From Eledone cirrhosa (Eukaryota): a stretch of DNA of 64,000 nt. A program made the translations under genes and the position numbers. The notes under the pieces were generated by a model, which saw only the letters and a list, made by a program, of their open reading frames with translations, ran no database searches and had not been told where the DNA came from. This document shows, piece after piece, positions 40,680 to 56,000 of this stretch. How positions within the stretch are numbered: the first letter of the stretch is position 1; the number at the start of each line of letters is the position of its first letter. Where the stretch lies: assembly GCA_964016885.1 (NCBI GenBank), contig OZ024741.1, positions 300,328,001 to 300,392,000 on the forward strand. Reading direction: 5' to 3'.

Positions 40680-43600
40680 CACAGAAGTACCCGGCACAGA
40701 AGTACCCGGCGTTGCCCGGGTGTAAGTCGACCTCTGGTCTGTTAGAATGTGTGAAAGTTACTTCCCGCACATCACAGGTTCAAAACTTCGAACTTCAATG
40801 AAAAAAAATAGGTTAGTAGACGCAGGTGTGTAATTTATTAATTGTAGTTACACAGTGTATCGTTGAAATTGTTCTCTGCACGACTGACGGAAGTCAAAAT
40901 CGCTTGATATTGAATGTTCAGTTAATTTGAAGCAGGGTGAAAATGTCGATTTTTTTCAGGGTTTTTTTTTTTTTACAATTTTTGCGCTCACATGTGCATA
41001 AGAAGAATTAAAAGGGCCTTCATCTTAACCGCGGCAGTTTTCAAGAATATCGGACGTTCCTGTAAAAAGTTTTCCCATGTGTAACTTTGCCTTGTTTTTT
41101 TTTGCGCAAAGTCGAGCCCCGCTTCAGTTTTATTGATTTTTTACATCAATGCGTGATCTCTGAAGTAGATTTGAGTAGCTAAAAACCTGTCCCGGTAAAT
41201 TTGCTATAGGTGAAAACAAGTTGATCAAAATTGTATCTAGGGTTATTGCCCTTTGCAACAGCCTCAACGTGTCTTCAAGTATGTTTTGTTAATTTGCTGT
41301 GGAACTAAATCTACTTTCGTCAAATCGGACCGAGGAATCAATGTTTCCATTTCTCTTTCTAGCTAGTGTACCCGGATACACACGGGTTTATAAGGCGCTG
41401 GATTTAAATAAATGAAGAAGACACGTTTCCTTGCGACTGATATTGCAGGTGGGTGTTTCCCTCTTGGATAAATCTAAGGGTAGCCTAAATAATGAATGGG
41501 CTGTACGACCGCCATGTATCAGGGTTGCCGCTATGCCACTGGAGGCCACTCCTAAAGCAATTTGTACGCATTGCCTAACTTTAGCCAGAAGCAAGTTGAT
41601 GACGAAGGTTTTGCCTGTTCCCGCCGGAGCATCAAGAAAAAAAATACCTCCCGCTCTGCAGTCAATACTGGAGATTATCATGTTGTAGGCAGTCCTCTGG
41701 TCTGACAAAAGTCGAGGTTCGTTGAGCTGTACATAAGCTGTCAAATGCACCTGGTCGTAGCTAACCTCGCGCATGTACTCGATGTTTAATGAACCGGATG
41801 CGTGCTGTCGTTGGGGCAAACCGAAGGTAGCGATGCCCTGACCTCCCATTGCTTGGACTCGTTTATCTAGGTCGAGTAAGGCCTCGTTGTAGATAGCAGA
41901 ATTATATTCAAACCCAGCCGTAGGGTCCTGACGCTGAAGTCGGCGGAGGATGTCTTCGGCCACGCTGTTTTTGTGTGCCTCCTAAACATTTAAGGGGTCA
42001 CTCAAACCGCATGTCATCAGCATGATCGAAAACAGCTGGCGCAGTTGAATTGGTGCTTTGAAGGCAGTAGCCTCCTCCAGAGTCTGATCCCATTGAGCGT
42101 CATCTTCCAAGATGCCAAGTTTGGCACATGCCTCCCTATACGTAGTGCAGAGTTTGCCATTGATGCGCCGTAGCTCAGTGAAAGAAGTAGGACCCCTAAC
42201 ACTGTGCAGCAACATACGTAAATAAAAGCACTCATGGTAATTTGGATGCACTGTGTGCACTCTCCCGATGGCATCGCTTTTAAAAACGTCTTCTCCGTTC
42301 ACGTGAACGCGTGCTCCCTGTCGGCGTCTAGTCCATTTATTATGTGCCCAGGTGTAGTAGGTTGGGACGTCGGCATAATGAAGCGTTTTAGCAAACGGAT
42401 CTTCTTGGCACAATTGGAAGAAAGCCGTTAATTTTGTTGCAGGTAGGTTGGCCACCATGCGGCTGGCGGTTTCGTCAGTATAGTACACTCTTTGCCCATT
42501 CTCCAAGCGAATATTCAAGTTTACTACTGTTGGTGAAAGCTGATGAATGTCAAAATCAAAAATCCTCCAAATCGCCTGATTGGATGAAATGTACCTGCCG
42601 ATTTGATATTGTTGTATTTCATCAGGTTGTGCCCTGCCACATTGGTGTTCAATGACAGCCATATACCCTCTCTTGTTTATGTACTTGCATATGTACTTAA
42701 TGCTCTTCACCGACATACATGACTCAATATTGATGTGAGCATTAAAAATCTTGGCAAGAAGAGGGTTATATGGTACCACCCATCTGTTGTCGAGGACAAT
42801 CTCCTGCCCGTACAGCTGTAGCCCCACCATCCGCGGGTGCGCGCCATCTATAGATAGGATAGCCGTCGATCCCTGTGCGTGTTTCCCGTGTAAATGGTCG
42901 TGGAAACCTTTTAGTGCACTTGTTATTCTCCATGCAAGGTGAATTAAAGTTAAGGGCGCCGCAGGGTCCGTGCATCAATTGTTTGCTCACGGTGTTGAAA
43001 ATTGCACATCGGTTTGCGGATTGGGCAGTTCTGCGCAAATAATGTTTTCCATGTCCGTTGGCCGTATCCTGTCCTTGCACCATATAAGGATGTGAGCATG
43101 TGGTAGTCCCCGCTTCTGCCACTCCACGGTATACATCCATGCATTAAGACCACCAAATATTTTGTCGTCTTTCAGTAGCCACATCAATTTCTTGAGTTTC
43201 TGCTGGAAGACTCTGGCTATGAGGTCGTGCCTGTCACTACTCACCTGGCCCCGGAAGAGGTAGGTTTGAATTTCCTCCCATTTTGGATTGCAAGTGAGAG
43301 TGATGAAAAGATCAGGCCTGCCAAACTTACGAACGTAAGACATTGCATCCTGAGTTCTTTGGTGCATATAACGAGGGGATCCTGTAAAACTTGATGGAAG
43401 GATCACCTGTTGTCCGACGTTTCCGGCATAGCCATCACGAATCAGGGCGTCCTGTAAATGGATGTATTCCTCCGCACGCACTTTCTTTTGGTTGAGTCGA
43501 ATAAAAAGCAGACGTTCTGCCTCGATTCTGGCAAACATATCCACAATGTATTGATTCGTCAGCTGCCTGTATCGAAGAAACTGATTAAAATCTCCACTCC

Positions 43601-46515
43601 TTACCATAAAGCGGTAGGCATAAAAGTCCATAGATGAAATGGATTTCCGTGATTCACTACCATTGGAATAATTTACATGACGAAGAGCAAAATTGTATCC
43701 GTCTTCTCCGTGGGGGAATAAAAGAGGATACTGAAGGCAATCATACGATCTATGTGTCTCTGTGACAAACACCAGCCGACTGTCACGGTGCTGAAGGACA
43801 ATATCGACAACCAAAATCACTGCTACCTCATTGGTATTTGGTGCATTGAAACGACGGGCATGCTCGCCAGCTGGTCCCCTGTCAGCCCTTATAATCACCT
43901 TGATGTTCGGCGTGGTTTCAATTTGTTCCAAGGCAAACTTGAAATCGTGAACGTAGGGATGAGTCACATGGAGCATTGTCTGCAGACCTGCTATTATTCG
44001 CCTATCTACACCCTCGTTTAACTTGCAGCGTTGGTCAATCTCGGCCTCACCTCCACCCAAAAAGAAAACCTGCAGAAACTTTGGCTCTTCATTTGGACGC
44101 GGACGAAGACTACCCATGCGATGGTAGCATTAGCCTTGAAGTCTGAATGTAGTGAAAACGTTGTCGTTGGGGTTTACGCTGTTGTTGGTGTTGTTATTGT
44201 CTACACCAAAGGAGGTCATCATGAAACAGGAGTTGTATTTCCACATATTACGGCGGAACGTTGTAGCCGTAGTGTCGTCACCTGTAAGTAGATTCAGAAG
44301 AACGTATGGCGGGTCAGCCAATGATCCTAATTGCACCTTACCTCCTGCACAACACATAGAAGGCGCCTAGCCTTGCCACTTCATTACGTTGCAGGATGTA
44401 CAGACATTATCCATTTTACCGATGGAAATTGTAGGCAGAAGTCCGTAATCTTCAGAGGGTTTATATCTGAAGGCTGCTTTTACCCAGCCTGAGCTATTGG
44501 TAGTAGTAGTTAACGTATGCCGGGAACGCTTAGCAGCAAGCCTTTTGTCTTTGTCTGCCGTGGACTCCTCTGCAAGTGCTTGTTGACGATGAAGGCGAAC
44601 CCCAGCAAGCCTGGTCTGACGGGATGTTGGTGATTCCTCCGCCAGCGCTTGATGGCGACGAAGGCGAATATCAGCAAGCCTTGTCGTACGTGATGTTGGT
44701 GACTCAACCAGCCGGGAAAGACGTATATCAACGAGTTGAGATTCGCGCTCAGACGGTGTTTCCTAGAGAAAATTAATTAATTCTACTGGTTAGCTAAGCC
44801 AATGGCAGTGTCAATAGTAAATGAGAAAAATCTAACATAAACAAAAGGGAATCAAGGTAAGACAATAAATTTAATATAACTACGATTAGAATGTTGTAGT
44901 TGCTTAAAAGTGGTGACAGTTAGGATAAACGCAGAACTTGATAACATTAAGGGAGAATATTTCATAAAAGATTAATCAATTGTGAATGAACTCATACCTG
45001 AGAACGCCTAATTCGTTGTCTCAAAGCAGTAGCTGTACATTTTTTGGAGGTAAGTCTTGAACGTTTCCGTGTGGGCATAACGACGTGTAACGAAGCTGTT
45101 AGGTTAGAGAGAGGTGATTAAATACAGAGAGAGATGACCAGATTCGTTAGCATGGTTACTGGTGAATGGGAAGGTTTGGAAATATGATTACAATAACTTA
45201 CCGAATTTTCCGGTCTATAAATTGCACTTAAAATAATTAAATTTAATAAAAAAACAGCTCTGCGCTTTATACTCCGGTGAGCCTTATGTATAAATAATAC
45301 AATGGTAATCAATCACGGCTTTAACAGAAGTAATTGATCTAGACCTAGACTAAAAGTAAAGAAGATAGCATTTTCCTGGTTGGCCTTACACGCCGTTTCG
45401 CGGACCTGATTTTAAATGATACGCCTTATATCCTGGTGAGCTTTATAGAGCGGAAAATATCTATTGGAAAAGAATACGAATTCATGACCAAGGTGTGACA
45501 AAATAGGCGTCTAATAGCCTGAAACAAACTTGTCCAAAACCCTAGGATTTTTCTCGTTAAGTATCCACCCAAAAGGAACCGTTTTTTAGTTACAAAAAAT
45601 AACCAAAGTGTATAGTAGCTATATTTCTGACATATCATGCCAAAAAGAACAATATCTTCAAAAAATGTTCTAAAGTACATTCAATCTCTCTTTTTGACCG
45701 ATATCTTAATAAGCAAGTTATCGATTTTGTATTGGCTGTCAGTGTCTATCTGCATGCAGGTGTGCACGTGAGCGCAATTAATTGCAAATACGCTCATAAC
45801 ATTTAGTCGTAAGCAGAACAAAAAATGCGATTAGAGGTGGGCTAATAATGAAGACACAAACCCTGGTGAACTTACGTTTAAACACCCGAAAAGTTACTCA
45901 CTTCCTGTGCAAAAGACTGTAACAATAGTATTATAAATTAAGTAATTTTTTAGAACCATTTGTTTAAAAAAGGAAAACATTGGTACGGACGTAACATTTT
46001 TTACAACTTTGTATGTGTACAATACAACTTGGTCAACGTGTTATTTAGTAATTTTTTTTTTTAAAAAGCATGATTATTTAAGACTGTTTGAAAATTTACT
46101 CACAGCTTTTAACATCACAAAAGACACCATTAAATACTGTATTTCCACTTGAATAAGGTGGAATATGAAAAGATAAATTCTTTAATGGTCGGTCGTTTAC
46201 TGAAACAGCTGGGAAGACATGCAGCTGGCCGTCCAATCAATAACGCACGTCCTTATATGGGCATATGACATTTATTTTTATTGCGCCAGATGTAAACTAA
46301 GAGTTCTTGTGTTCGAATTCACATAAAATTTCATTGGAATCGAAAAACATTCTGTCATAGGGTCTGATTATCGATTTTTCGAAAATTTCAAGTAGCCTAT
46401 TCCACTCCACGCGTTGAGTTTTATATATGTGTGAGGTTTCATGAAAATTGGATGAACGGTGTAGCATGTATGTTCGGAACACCAAACAATGCCCATCTTC
46501 AATTTATATATATAG
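40680..46515 (-). mobile_element. Helitron with Rep and partial PIF1 coding remnants
   Basis: 5' TCTATATATATAAA at 46515; Rep motifs PDLFITLTCNPKW, VEWQKRGLPHAHIL, KYICKYINK; helicase FFLDAPAGTGKT; 3' hairpin/CTAG at ~41359-87 and a second hairpin at ~40704-40720. Confidence 0.9.
41388..44500 (-). pseudogene. Helitron RepHel, disrupted and C-terminally truncated
   Basis: ORFs 44130-44357, 42987-44117, 42766-43140, 41982-42830 and 41388-41963 are successive RepHel segments. Confidence 0.9.
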
Positions 46516-46518
46516 AAG

Positions 46519-46590
<72 letters not shown>

Positions 46591-46604
46591 TGTCATATAC
46601 ATCA

Positions 46605-49600
46605 TACGCGCACACACACACCGACCCGCACCCGCACCCCACACACGCACACCTTTTCCTGAACATGGAACCTTGTTCTTCCCCCAACTCTCACATTCAC
46701 ATACACACACACACACACACGTACATCCACACCCATACACCACATTCAGTCCTCCCTGCTCGGACACCCCCCCTCTCCCCACTGCACCTGCCACCACCCC
46801 TACACGCCCCACATCCTTCCACCACTTGTTTATCTTCATGTTTATTTTTATTTATATTTTTTTTTTTTTTATGTCTACCCCTTCCACCCCCTCTTTTCTA
46901 AATGTCTCTCCCCCACTCCCCTACACACCCTTGGAACTCTTTTCCCACACACTTTTCGCCTGAAGAAGAGCTTATGCCCGAAACGTCCCCGTCCTCCCTA
47001 CTCTCAAGAGCGTGAAACTAATAAACCTCTGTTGGTACTGCCTCTCTGTTTTGATCCCGTTAGATTTTTCACTATACAATACACGCTCCCACGGCTTCCA
47101 TACCACTTTGGAATACTACCTTGACTACCGGCTGAACCCCGATCTAATCCGCCGTGACCACTCTCTGAACTTTCGCCACAACTTCCCACAAGGCGTTTTT
47201 TCCTTCCCTTGCATTACTTTTTGATTGATTTATTTACTGTACTTGTTTATTTCTGTCTATGATTTTTTGTCCATGATTGCCTGTGTTTATTTACGATTTT
47301 ATGATTTTCCTGTGTATACTCTCCTCTCCTTACGTTTGTTCTGTTTGATTTTCCCTCCCCATCTCTGCCTACCTTTCGCACTCACCTCTTCCTTCCACCA
47401 CCACCCGCCCCCAGCCCGCACACCCCGCATCACACACATCACTTCTCATTTCTCCTCCTGCTCTCACTCCACGCCCACCATGCCCAGCCTGAGATCCTTC
47501 CTCCACCAACTCCACACCCGCCTCAATTTTTTCCTCACCTCCTCCTCCCACCCTTCTATCTCCCCTCGGCCCTCCAACTCTCCTACCTTCTCTTCGCCAA
47601 AACCCGGCACTCCAGCCACATTCATTTCTTCAGCCACTGCCTCCACCTCCACCTTATCCCCCTCGGCTTCCGTCTACACTTCCACACGTACCCCTCCGCT
47701 TCCCCCTCCACCCAATGTATCCTCACCCTATCCTCGCGCCTCCTATTGCGCAACTCCCTCCGCTCCTCCCGTTCGACTATCCGCAAACTTGACCACCACC
47801 CTCCTCCGCCTTAACTCCGCCTGCCAACCCCTCCGCGCCCACTCCTTCTCCTCTTCATCCAAAACCTCAACCACGACCTCTTCTCTTTCCTCACCGCCAC
47901 CAAAGCCCTTAAGCTACACGCACTCCTCCCGACCACCCCCATCCATATGACCCCCAACCCTCACCCCAACCGACCCCACCAAATCCCCACACACACACCC
48001 CGCACTCCTACCCAACCACCACCCTCCACCTCATCCCTCACCACACCCTCCTCTCCTCCATCACACACCCAAACCCCACCACTTGTTGTCACCACACCCC
48101 CTGACCTCCCCTCTTCCCACCTGAGCGCTCACGCCTTCGCTTCATACCCCAAACTCCGCACAGCGATGAGTTCCGCACCCGAACGGAAGTCGAGCGATTC
48201 GTGCGACGAACGAAGCTACAGGCACATTTCGATCAAACGTCACCAGCTCCGAACGCCCCAGACCCGTTTCTCGCCCTGGGCCGACGACTATCGTCTTGGA
48301 CGCCGGGCCCAGGGCAATTTAGCACCCTGGACGCGTTCGACGATGCTTGCCGTAGCGCACTAAATCGCTTCGACTTCCGCCAACGGTCCAAACAGCATAA
48401 CATCTCACGGGGCGAACTCCTCGCTCTCCGCTCCCTCCATAGCCGAGATGACATCGTCATCAAACCGGCGGACAAGGGAGGCGCCGTCGTGGTGTGGGGC
48501 ACTTCCCCCTACATGGCTGAAGCCCTCAGGCAGCTCCGTAACCTCCTCTTTTACCGCCCTCTACCATCCGATCCCACACCTTTCTACCAACAACAAGTTT
48601 CCTCCACCATCCAACACCTTGTCTCCTCCCCCCACCGCTTCCCACCTCATCGTCCGCACCCCACGCACCCCACGCACCCCACTATCTACTTCCTCCCAAA
48701 GCTCCACAAACCCGACAACCCCGGCCACCTCATCGCCTCCGCTTGCAACTGCCCCACCGAACTCATCTACGCCTTTCTTGACTCCGTCCTCGCGCCCCTC
48801 GTCACAACCCTCTCCTCCCACATCTCCGACACCAACCACGCCCTTCGCCTATTCGACTCCTTCACCTTCCCACCCGGCCCACAGTCCTTCCTCTTCACCC
48901 TAGATATCAAGTCGCTCTATACTGTCATTCCCTACGCCGACGGCCTATGTGCCATCAAGCACTGCTTCGACCTTTTCCCCTCCACCATACCCTCTACCCC
49001 CACGCTCCTTCGCCTCACCGAGCTGGTCCTCACCCTCAACTGTTTCCCCTTCTCGGGTGAGTCTTACCAACAGGTCACCGGGGTAGCAATGGGCACAAGA
49101 ATGGGCCCAAACTATGCCAACCTTTACGTTGGCCATGTTGAGGCCCAAATTTTTGCCCAGTACACCGGCCCACGCCCGAACTGTACGGTCGTTACATCGC
49201 CGACTGTATCGTAGCCACGACCCCCACCCGAGAACAGCTCGACTCCTTTCTCTCCTTCTTCCTCTCCTTCCACCCCTCCCTCCACTTCACGACCTCTATG
49301 TCCACCACCCACGTCCACCTCTTAGACATCTCCGTCGCCTTCGACCCCGCCCACCACTCCCTCATCACCTCCGCCTTCTTCAAACCCACTGACTGCCACT
49401 CCTACCTCGACTTCACCTCCTACCACCCTATACACACTAAATACTCTATTCCCTACACCCAACTCCTCAGGATCCGCCGCTCTGCAGCCGAAATGTTGAC
49501 TTTGATCCCAGGACCTTTCCCTAGTCAGCCATTTCATCCGCAGAGGTTACCCCCTCCCTCGTCCACACCGCCCTCACGCGCGCCTGTACTGTCCTCCCAC

Positions 49601-51850
49601 CCCACCCCCAAGGTCGCTCCTTCCCCACCACCTAAGACACCTCCACCGCAGCCCTCCACCGCACCATCCTTCGCCTCTTCCGACGCCTCCAGTCCGACCC
49701 CTCCACCTACCACATATTCCCATCTGCACCACTCTCCTCATTCAAACGCGCATGCAATCTCCGCACTCTCTTCGTCAGCAGCTCCCTACCCCGGTTCTCT
49801 CCGGTTCCCTTCCCTGTTCCAGGCTTCGTTGCAACACCTGTCCCCACATCACCAACACCAGGCTCCCAACGGCCACTCTCTCTCTGTCCGGCACGCCTTC
49901 CGCTGCACCTCCTCCAACCTAGTCTATGGACTTCGCTGCACGGAGTGTAGCGCAACCTACGTCGGACAGACTGGACGTCGCCTGGCGGACCGTTTCACCG
50001 AACACCTCCGGGATATTCGTCTCGGCGGGAGTTCCCTCATCGCCCGCCACTTTGGCTCCCCTGGAAATTCCGCGCACCACCTCACAGTATGTGGCCTACT
50101 CCAATGTCACGGAACGCCGGCCACCCTCCTCAGGGTCGAACAACGCACCATCTTCACCCTACTTACCCACACTCCCCCGGCCTGAACACCCCACCCCTAT
50201 TCATTTAGACTTCGACCTCGCTGTTCACCCACCCCTCCACATATTTCCCCCACTAACACCACTAACACACTCTTCCTTTTCACCGCCCACCCCACAACTA
50301 ACAATACTCACATCCCCACCCCACCCCCGACCACGCTCTCCCAACTAACAATACTAACATATTTCCCCCCTCCAACTCCCACCTCCTCCCTATCACGCAC
50401 ACACCCACCGGTACATATATACACACTCTCACACTACCCACACACACTACTACCACCACTACCCCTCACCCACACATCCACTACCACCACCCCACAACTA
50501 ATACCACTAACATCCCCCCGACCCCACGCACACGAACACACACACTCACTCACACCAACTTACACCACCCACTCTACACACTCTACCACCACTGACCCCC
50601 ACTAACACACCCGCATTCAACCCTTTCTCCACCACTAGTATACTAACACCCACTAACACACCCTTCACCACACACACACTCATCCAAACACGCACACACA
50701 CACCAGTACACTACACTCCCTCCACCGTCCCCCACGCCTTTCTCTCCCTCTTCCCGCTCCACCCACACCCCTTCACACACACACACACACATCCCACTAA
50801 CACCTCTACTAATACACACACCCTCCGCCGCACGACCCCTTCCCACTCCACCTTTCACACCTACCCATCCTCTCTCCTCTCCACCGCACCTCCGCACACA
50901 CTGATACACCGACTTTCTCCACCTGCCAATCTCCTCTACTGCTGCTATGCCTTGACCCTCTCACCACTTCTCCGCACACACAGACACACAACCCTCTCCA
51001 CCTCTCATACTCCTCTACCCTCCCCCGGCCTTGACCCTCTGACCACTTCCTGTTGCGCGTATACCCCACATCTCCCCTCTTCCGGCCAACCCAACCACGG
51101 ATTACACACATTGGCCATCGTTCCTACCAATCAACTCCATCACAAGGAAAATATCCGGCACTCACCACACCCTCTACGGGACTACCTTAGAAACTTACCC
51201 GCAGACATACATTCACAAAAAAATTTTTCCCACACGCCACCTACATCCACAATACGTATAAACACCACACACGCGTGCGTACCCCCACATATTTACACAA
51301 TCCGCCTCCGGAATCCTCTCTCCCCTCCGCGACCCATCTGACCCCTTCCCATCCACAGGCGCGCACACACACCGACCCACACCCCACCACACACACACAC
51401 ATTTCCTGAACATGGAACATCGTTCTACCCCCAACTCTCACATTCACATACACACACACACACGTACACCTACACACATACACCACCTTCAGCCTTCCCC
51501 GCTCGGACTCCCCCTCTCCCTCTCCCTCTCCCCACTCCACCCGCCACCAGCCCTACACGCCCCACATCCTTCCACCAGTTGTTTATCTTCATGTTTATTT
51601 TTATTTTTATTTTTATTTGTTTTATATTTATTTTTATTTGAACCCCTTCCACCGTCCCCCCCCCCTTTTTTCTAAATGTCTATCCCCCACTCCCCTACGC
51701 ACCCTTGGAACTCTCTTCCCACACACTTTTCGCCTGAAGACGGGCTTATGCGCGAAACGCCCCCCCCCCCCCCCTCACTCTCAAGAGTGTGAAACTAATA
51801 AACCTTTGTTTGTACTGCCTCTGTTTTGTTCCCGTTCCATTTTTCACTAT
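46605..51850 (+). mobile_element. Near full-length Penelope-like element (RT + GIY-YIG) with direct pLTRs
   Basis: pLTRs ~46605-47075 and ~51358-51850; RT motifs KPADKGGAVVVW, YFLPKLHKP, LDIKSLYT, GVAMGTRMGPNYANL, RYIAD (degenerate YIDD); GIY-YIG NLVYGLRCTECSATYVGQTGRRLADRFTEH; frameshifted. Confidence 0.92.
46958..46990 (+). ncRNA. Minimal hammerhead ribozyme in 5' pLTR
   Basis: CTGAAGA-agagc-ttat-gccc-GAAA-cg-TC; further copies at 51734(+) and 51977-52008(-). Confidence 0.7.
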
Positions 51851-51892
51851 ATATATATAAATATTGCGTGTAATATATATATATATAAATAT

Positions 51893-52062
51893 ATAGTGAA
51901 AAATGGAACGGGAACAAAACAGAGAGGCAGTAGAAACAAAGGTTTATTAGTTTCATGCTCTTGAGAGGGTAGGAAGGCTACGTTTCGGGCATAAGCCCTT
52001 CTTCAGGCGAAAAGTGGGTGGGAAGTGAGTTCCGAGGGTGTGTAGGGGAGTAGAGGAGAGAC
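51893..52062 (-). repeat. Inverted pLTR copy with an intact minimal HHR
   Basis: Reverse complement of the pLTR 3' part; gc-CTGAAGA-a-gggc-ttat-gccc-GAAA-cg-TA-gc. Confidence 0.8.
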
Positions 52063-52638
52063 ATATATATATAAGGCAAAACCTAACCACAGAATACCAA
52101 ACTAACGAAAAAGCTAACAGATTAAAAAGATATATATATATAAAGACCACATCTTAAACTAAAAAGCTGAGGCAATTTCGGCTTGTAAACATAAATTGCA
52201 CAACACTTTCCTGTATTACAGCCCCACATTATACTCTAACGGATATCCTAACTATATGCGGATATTTTACGTCTTGATGTGGTAGCTAAGTATGTGTTAT
52301 TTTATACCATTACTTATTTGTATAGGTAAGTATATATTACCGGTATGTTTTGTGTAGGTACGTATACTTTCTCGAACGTATATTTGATTGTATATGTTAT
52401 GGCGTATATATTATATATTCTGGTACATATGCTTTGATTTTGTGTATACTGGAGTTTTGCGTCTCTGTGTGTGTATGCGGGTTCGTACGTATGTAGGGTG
52501 TGTATATCTGTGTTTTGGTGTGTGTATTTATGTTTTGGTTGAAGTACATCCCCGAACATATGTATATTTACATGTAGGTATGTGTGTGCGCTTGTTATAT
52601 ACGTATTTATTTATATGTTTATTTAATTATATGTATAG

Positions 52639-52702
<64 letters not shown>

Positions 52703-53382
52703 TTATATATATTTTTATGTGTATTTGGTGTATACATTCGTATGCGTGCGGGTACAGGCATTGCGTGGGTTCTGTATGTCCGTGCGGTGTTTTTTTTTGT
52801 TTTTTTTTTGTTTTGTTTACATACGTGCATTTGTATACCTATGCTTAGTGTTTTCGCGTATGCTTGTGTATGTACGTATATGGATGCGTGTATGTACCTC
52901 TGTATTATATTTACTTTATTCTTAACTCTGAAGCCGAGAATCATCGGTTTCCTAGTTAGAATTTTAGTCTACGACTTCAGTTATACCATTTACGTGGTTT
53001 TGTCTTTGCGTGCAATTGTTCTCCCCGCGCCACATAAGACGTATTATCTTCGTTTTTTCCTTTCATTGCCAGAGAACGTCTCTATGAACCACCTAATAGA
53101 ATATTAGTCTACGACTTCTTTTATACCATAAACGTGGTTTTGTCTTTGCGTGTAATTGTTTTTAACCGCTCCAAATAATTCTTTACCAGGGAACGTTTCC
53201 AAGTACCAAAGTATCGTCTTCCTGTCTTCCTCCGGTTGCAACGTTTTTTGAAATATTCACTTCTACGTTCATAGATTGACTTTGTTAGTTTCAGAAGATC
53301 CCGTTATGTGTGAAAGCAACGATTCTTTGCTTAAACTTTAATCTGTTATTTTAATAAATATATATATATATATATATATATA

Positions 53383-53801
53383 TTTAAAAGAATAGAGGTG
53401 TAACACACGAGTTATGATATATTGGTAAAAGGAAAAAAAAATGCTGACAAATTGTTCCCAGTGAAAAATAGTTTAATTAGGTATAAGTAAAAATTAGTAA
53501 TAGTATTGGTTAGTATTCAGTTTTGGTTTTAAGAGTTTACCGGTTGCGCATTTCTAATGCTTTTCAAAAATAATTTTGAGATAGAGCGCCGGTGATGTTT
53601 GCTCTAATCTGATTAGAGCAAACATGACGGGCGCTCTATCTCAAAATTATTTTTGAAAAGCATTAGAAATGCGCAACAGGTAAAGTCTTAAAACCAAAAC
53701 TGAATACTAACCAATACTATTACTAATTTTTACTTATACCTAATTAAACTATTTTTCACTGGGAACAATTTGTCAGAATTTTCTTTTCCATTTACCAATA
53801 T
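53383..53801. repeat. ~380-bp palindrome (1-nt loop at 53610) plus unique extension
   Basis: Arms 53419-53609 / 53611-53801; 53383-53418 matches the reverse complement of 36746-36783. Confidence 0.9.
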
Positions 53802-53856
53802 ATATATATATATATATATTTAATAGTGATAATAATATTTATACTGATATATTTAA

Positions 53857-53903
<47 letters not shown>

Positions 53904-54429
53904 GTGATAATAATATTTATACTTGTATATATAATCTATATATAATTATAAATAAGATACGGGTAATAGTGTGAATTACCCAATTACCAGTAAGAAAATT
54001 AGCTCAATATAATATATCAGATATACTACAGAGCAGAAATACAACATAGAAAACAATCAACTTTTTGCATAATGCATTTATTTGCGATTAATTTCATTAA
54101 ACAAAAATCTGATTGTTTTCTGTTGTATATATATATACATGTGTGCGTGCGTGTGCACGTGTGTGTGCGCGCGCGCGCGTGCATGTGCATGCATGTATAT
54201 ACAATTTCATTAAAATAGCTTCAATGATGAATTGTATTATTCGCTTTTAAAATGCATTTTTGACCATCTCGTACTTACTATAGGACATTTAACCTGTCGC
54301 CTTAAAGTTAATTCTGTTGAATTCGGCTCACTGCACAGTAGAACCATTTCTATATTAAATATTTATACTCTGCTTTGTATTGAGTACTCTACTTACTGTG
54401 GTTATCTCCGATTGAGCCCGGGATAAACT

Positions 54430-54499
<70 letters not shown>

Positions 54500-55734
54500 A
54501 TATATAAGATGGCTAAAATGATACAGCTTTAATTCTGCGAAAAAGACCGGCTTGCATATAAGTAATAAACTGTTTGATATTGAGATCATTAATATATAAA
54601 ACATAATTAAACCAAACGCATTGGAAATTCCATGGCTCCAAACAGAAATGTAAGATTAAATGAGGTAAATTGGGTAATGGGGCCCTATTTCAAATTCGGT
54701 ACATTACCTCATCTAATAGCGCCGAATAGGTAGACAAATGCAGACATATATAAAAGTCCACCTCAATACATACATAAACGCATACATACATACGTACATG
54801 ATGGCTGCCCCCTCGTTATCGAGTATAGCCATTGCACGGTATACCATTATTAATAATTATATATTAATTCTATCGTGCAATGCCAGTGCGTGAAGATATT
54901 TTTTAAAGTGAGGAAAGATTGTGCACTGAACCAATCCCACTATCTGAGCGTCAGTAACTATAACCCGAAAAGGAGAAAAGGTCAACATCATCGGTAACTA
55001 CTGAGCCGCAGGTATTATATTGGAGTTACCCCAGTTTCCTGAGTTCCTTTTTCCTAGAAGAATGCCATGACATAGGCTAGGGGTCCTTCACTCCCATTGG
55101 TTTAACCGCACGATCGGGAGTCCAGCCCGACTATGTCTATGTCCCCACGCATATACATACACCCATATATATGTACATGTGTATATACATATTTCCACAC
55201 TTTTGGATGGCCGTTGACTATTATGAGTTCTTCCGACCTTTGTCAGGTTTTTTTATTTGTCCTGAAGGATGTACATACGTACATACATACATACACACAT
55301 ACATACATGCGTCGGTACATACATATATACATACATACATGCACACATACATGCATGCATACATATATAATATAGGTTAAAGACTGTATTTAGTAATAAA
55401 TGACCATGCAATTTGCACGTACAAAGTTCTCCGCCGAGGCACAAGCCCAGGCAACGTATTTTTTTGAAAGACCAGCAATCACCCACGAATACCAGTCCCA
55501 CATTTCTATGCCACCAGCGATGTCCCAGGAAAAGCAAAGACCGATGCGGCTGGGCACCAGCGAGGTCGCAACTCATTGCTACTGATGGAGCAACGGGACA
55601 TTCATATATATATATATAACGAAGGAAATGTGGTAAGGAACCAGATGGACCATAGCGCACCAAAGTACTCAATACTTAGGGTAGTAGAGTGGGTAATAGG
55701 AACGAGTAACACCCCAATCGGGGTCCTAGTCGTT

Positions 55735-55833
<99 letters not shown>

Positions 55834-55854
55834 ATATACATATATATATATATA

Positions 55855-55919
<65 letters not shown>

Positions 55920-55941
55920 TATATATATATATATACACATA

Positions 55942-55994
<53 letters not shown>

Positions 55995-56000
<6 letters not shown>

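Noticed and set aside
47225-47950. 241-aa Ser/Pro-rich ORF
   Set aside because: Off-frame reading of the C-rich PLE N-terminal region
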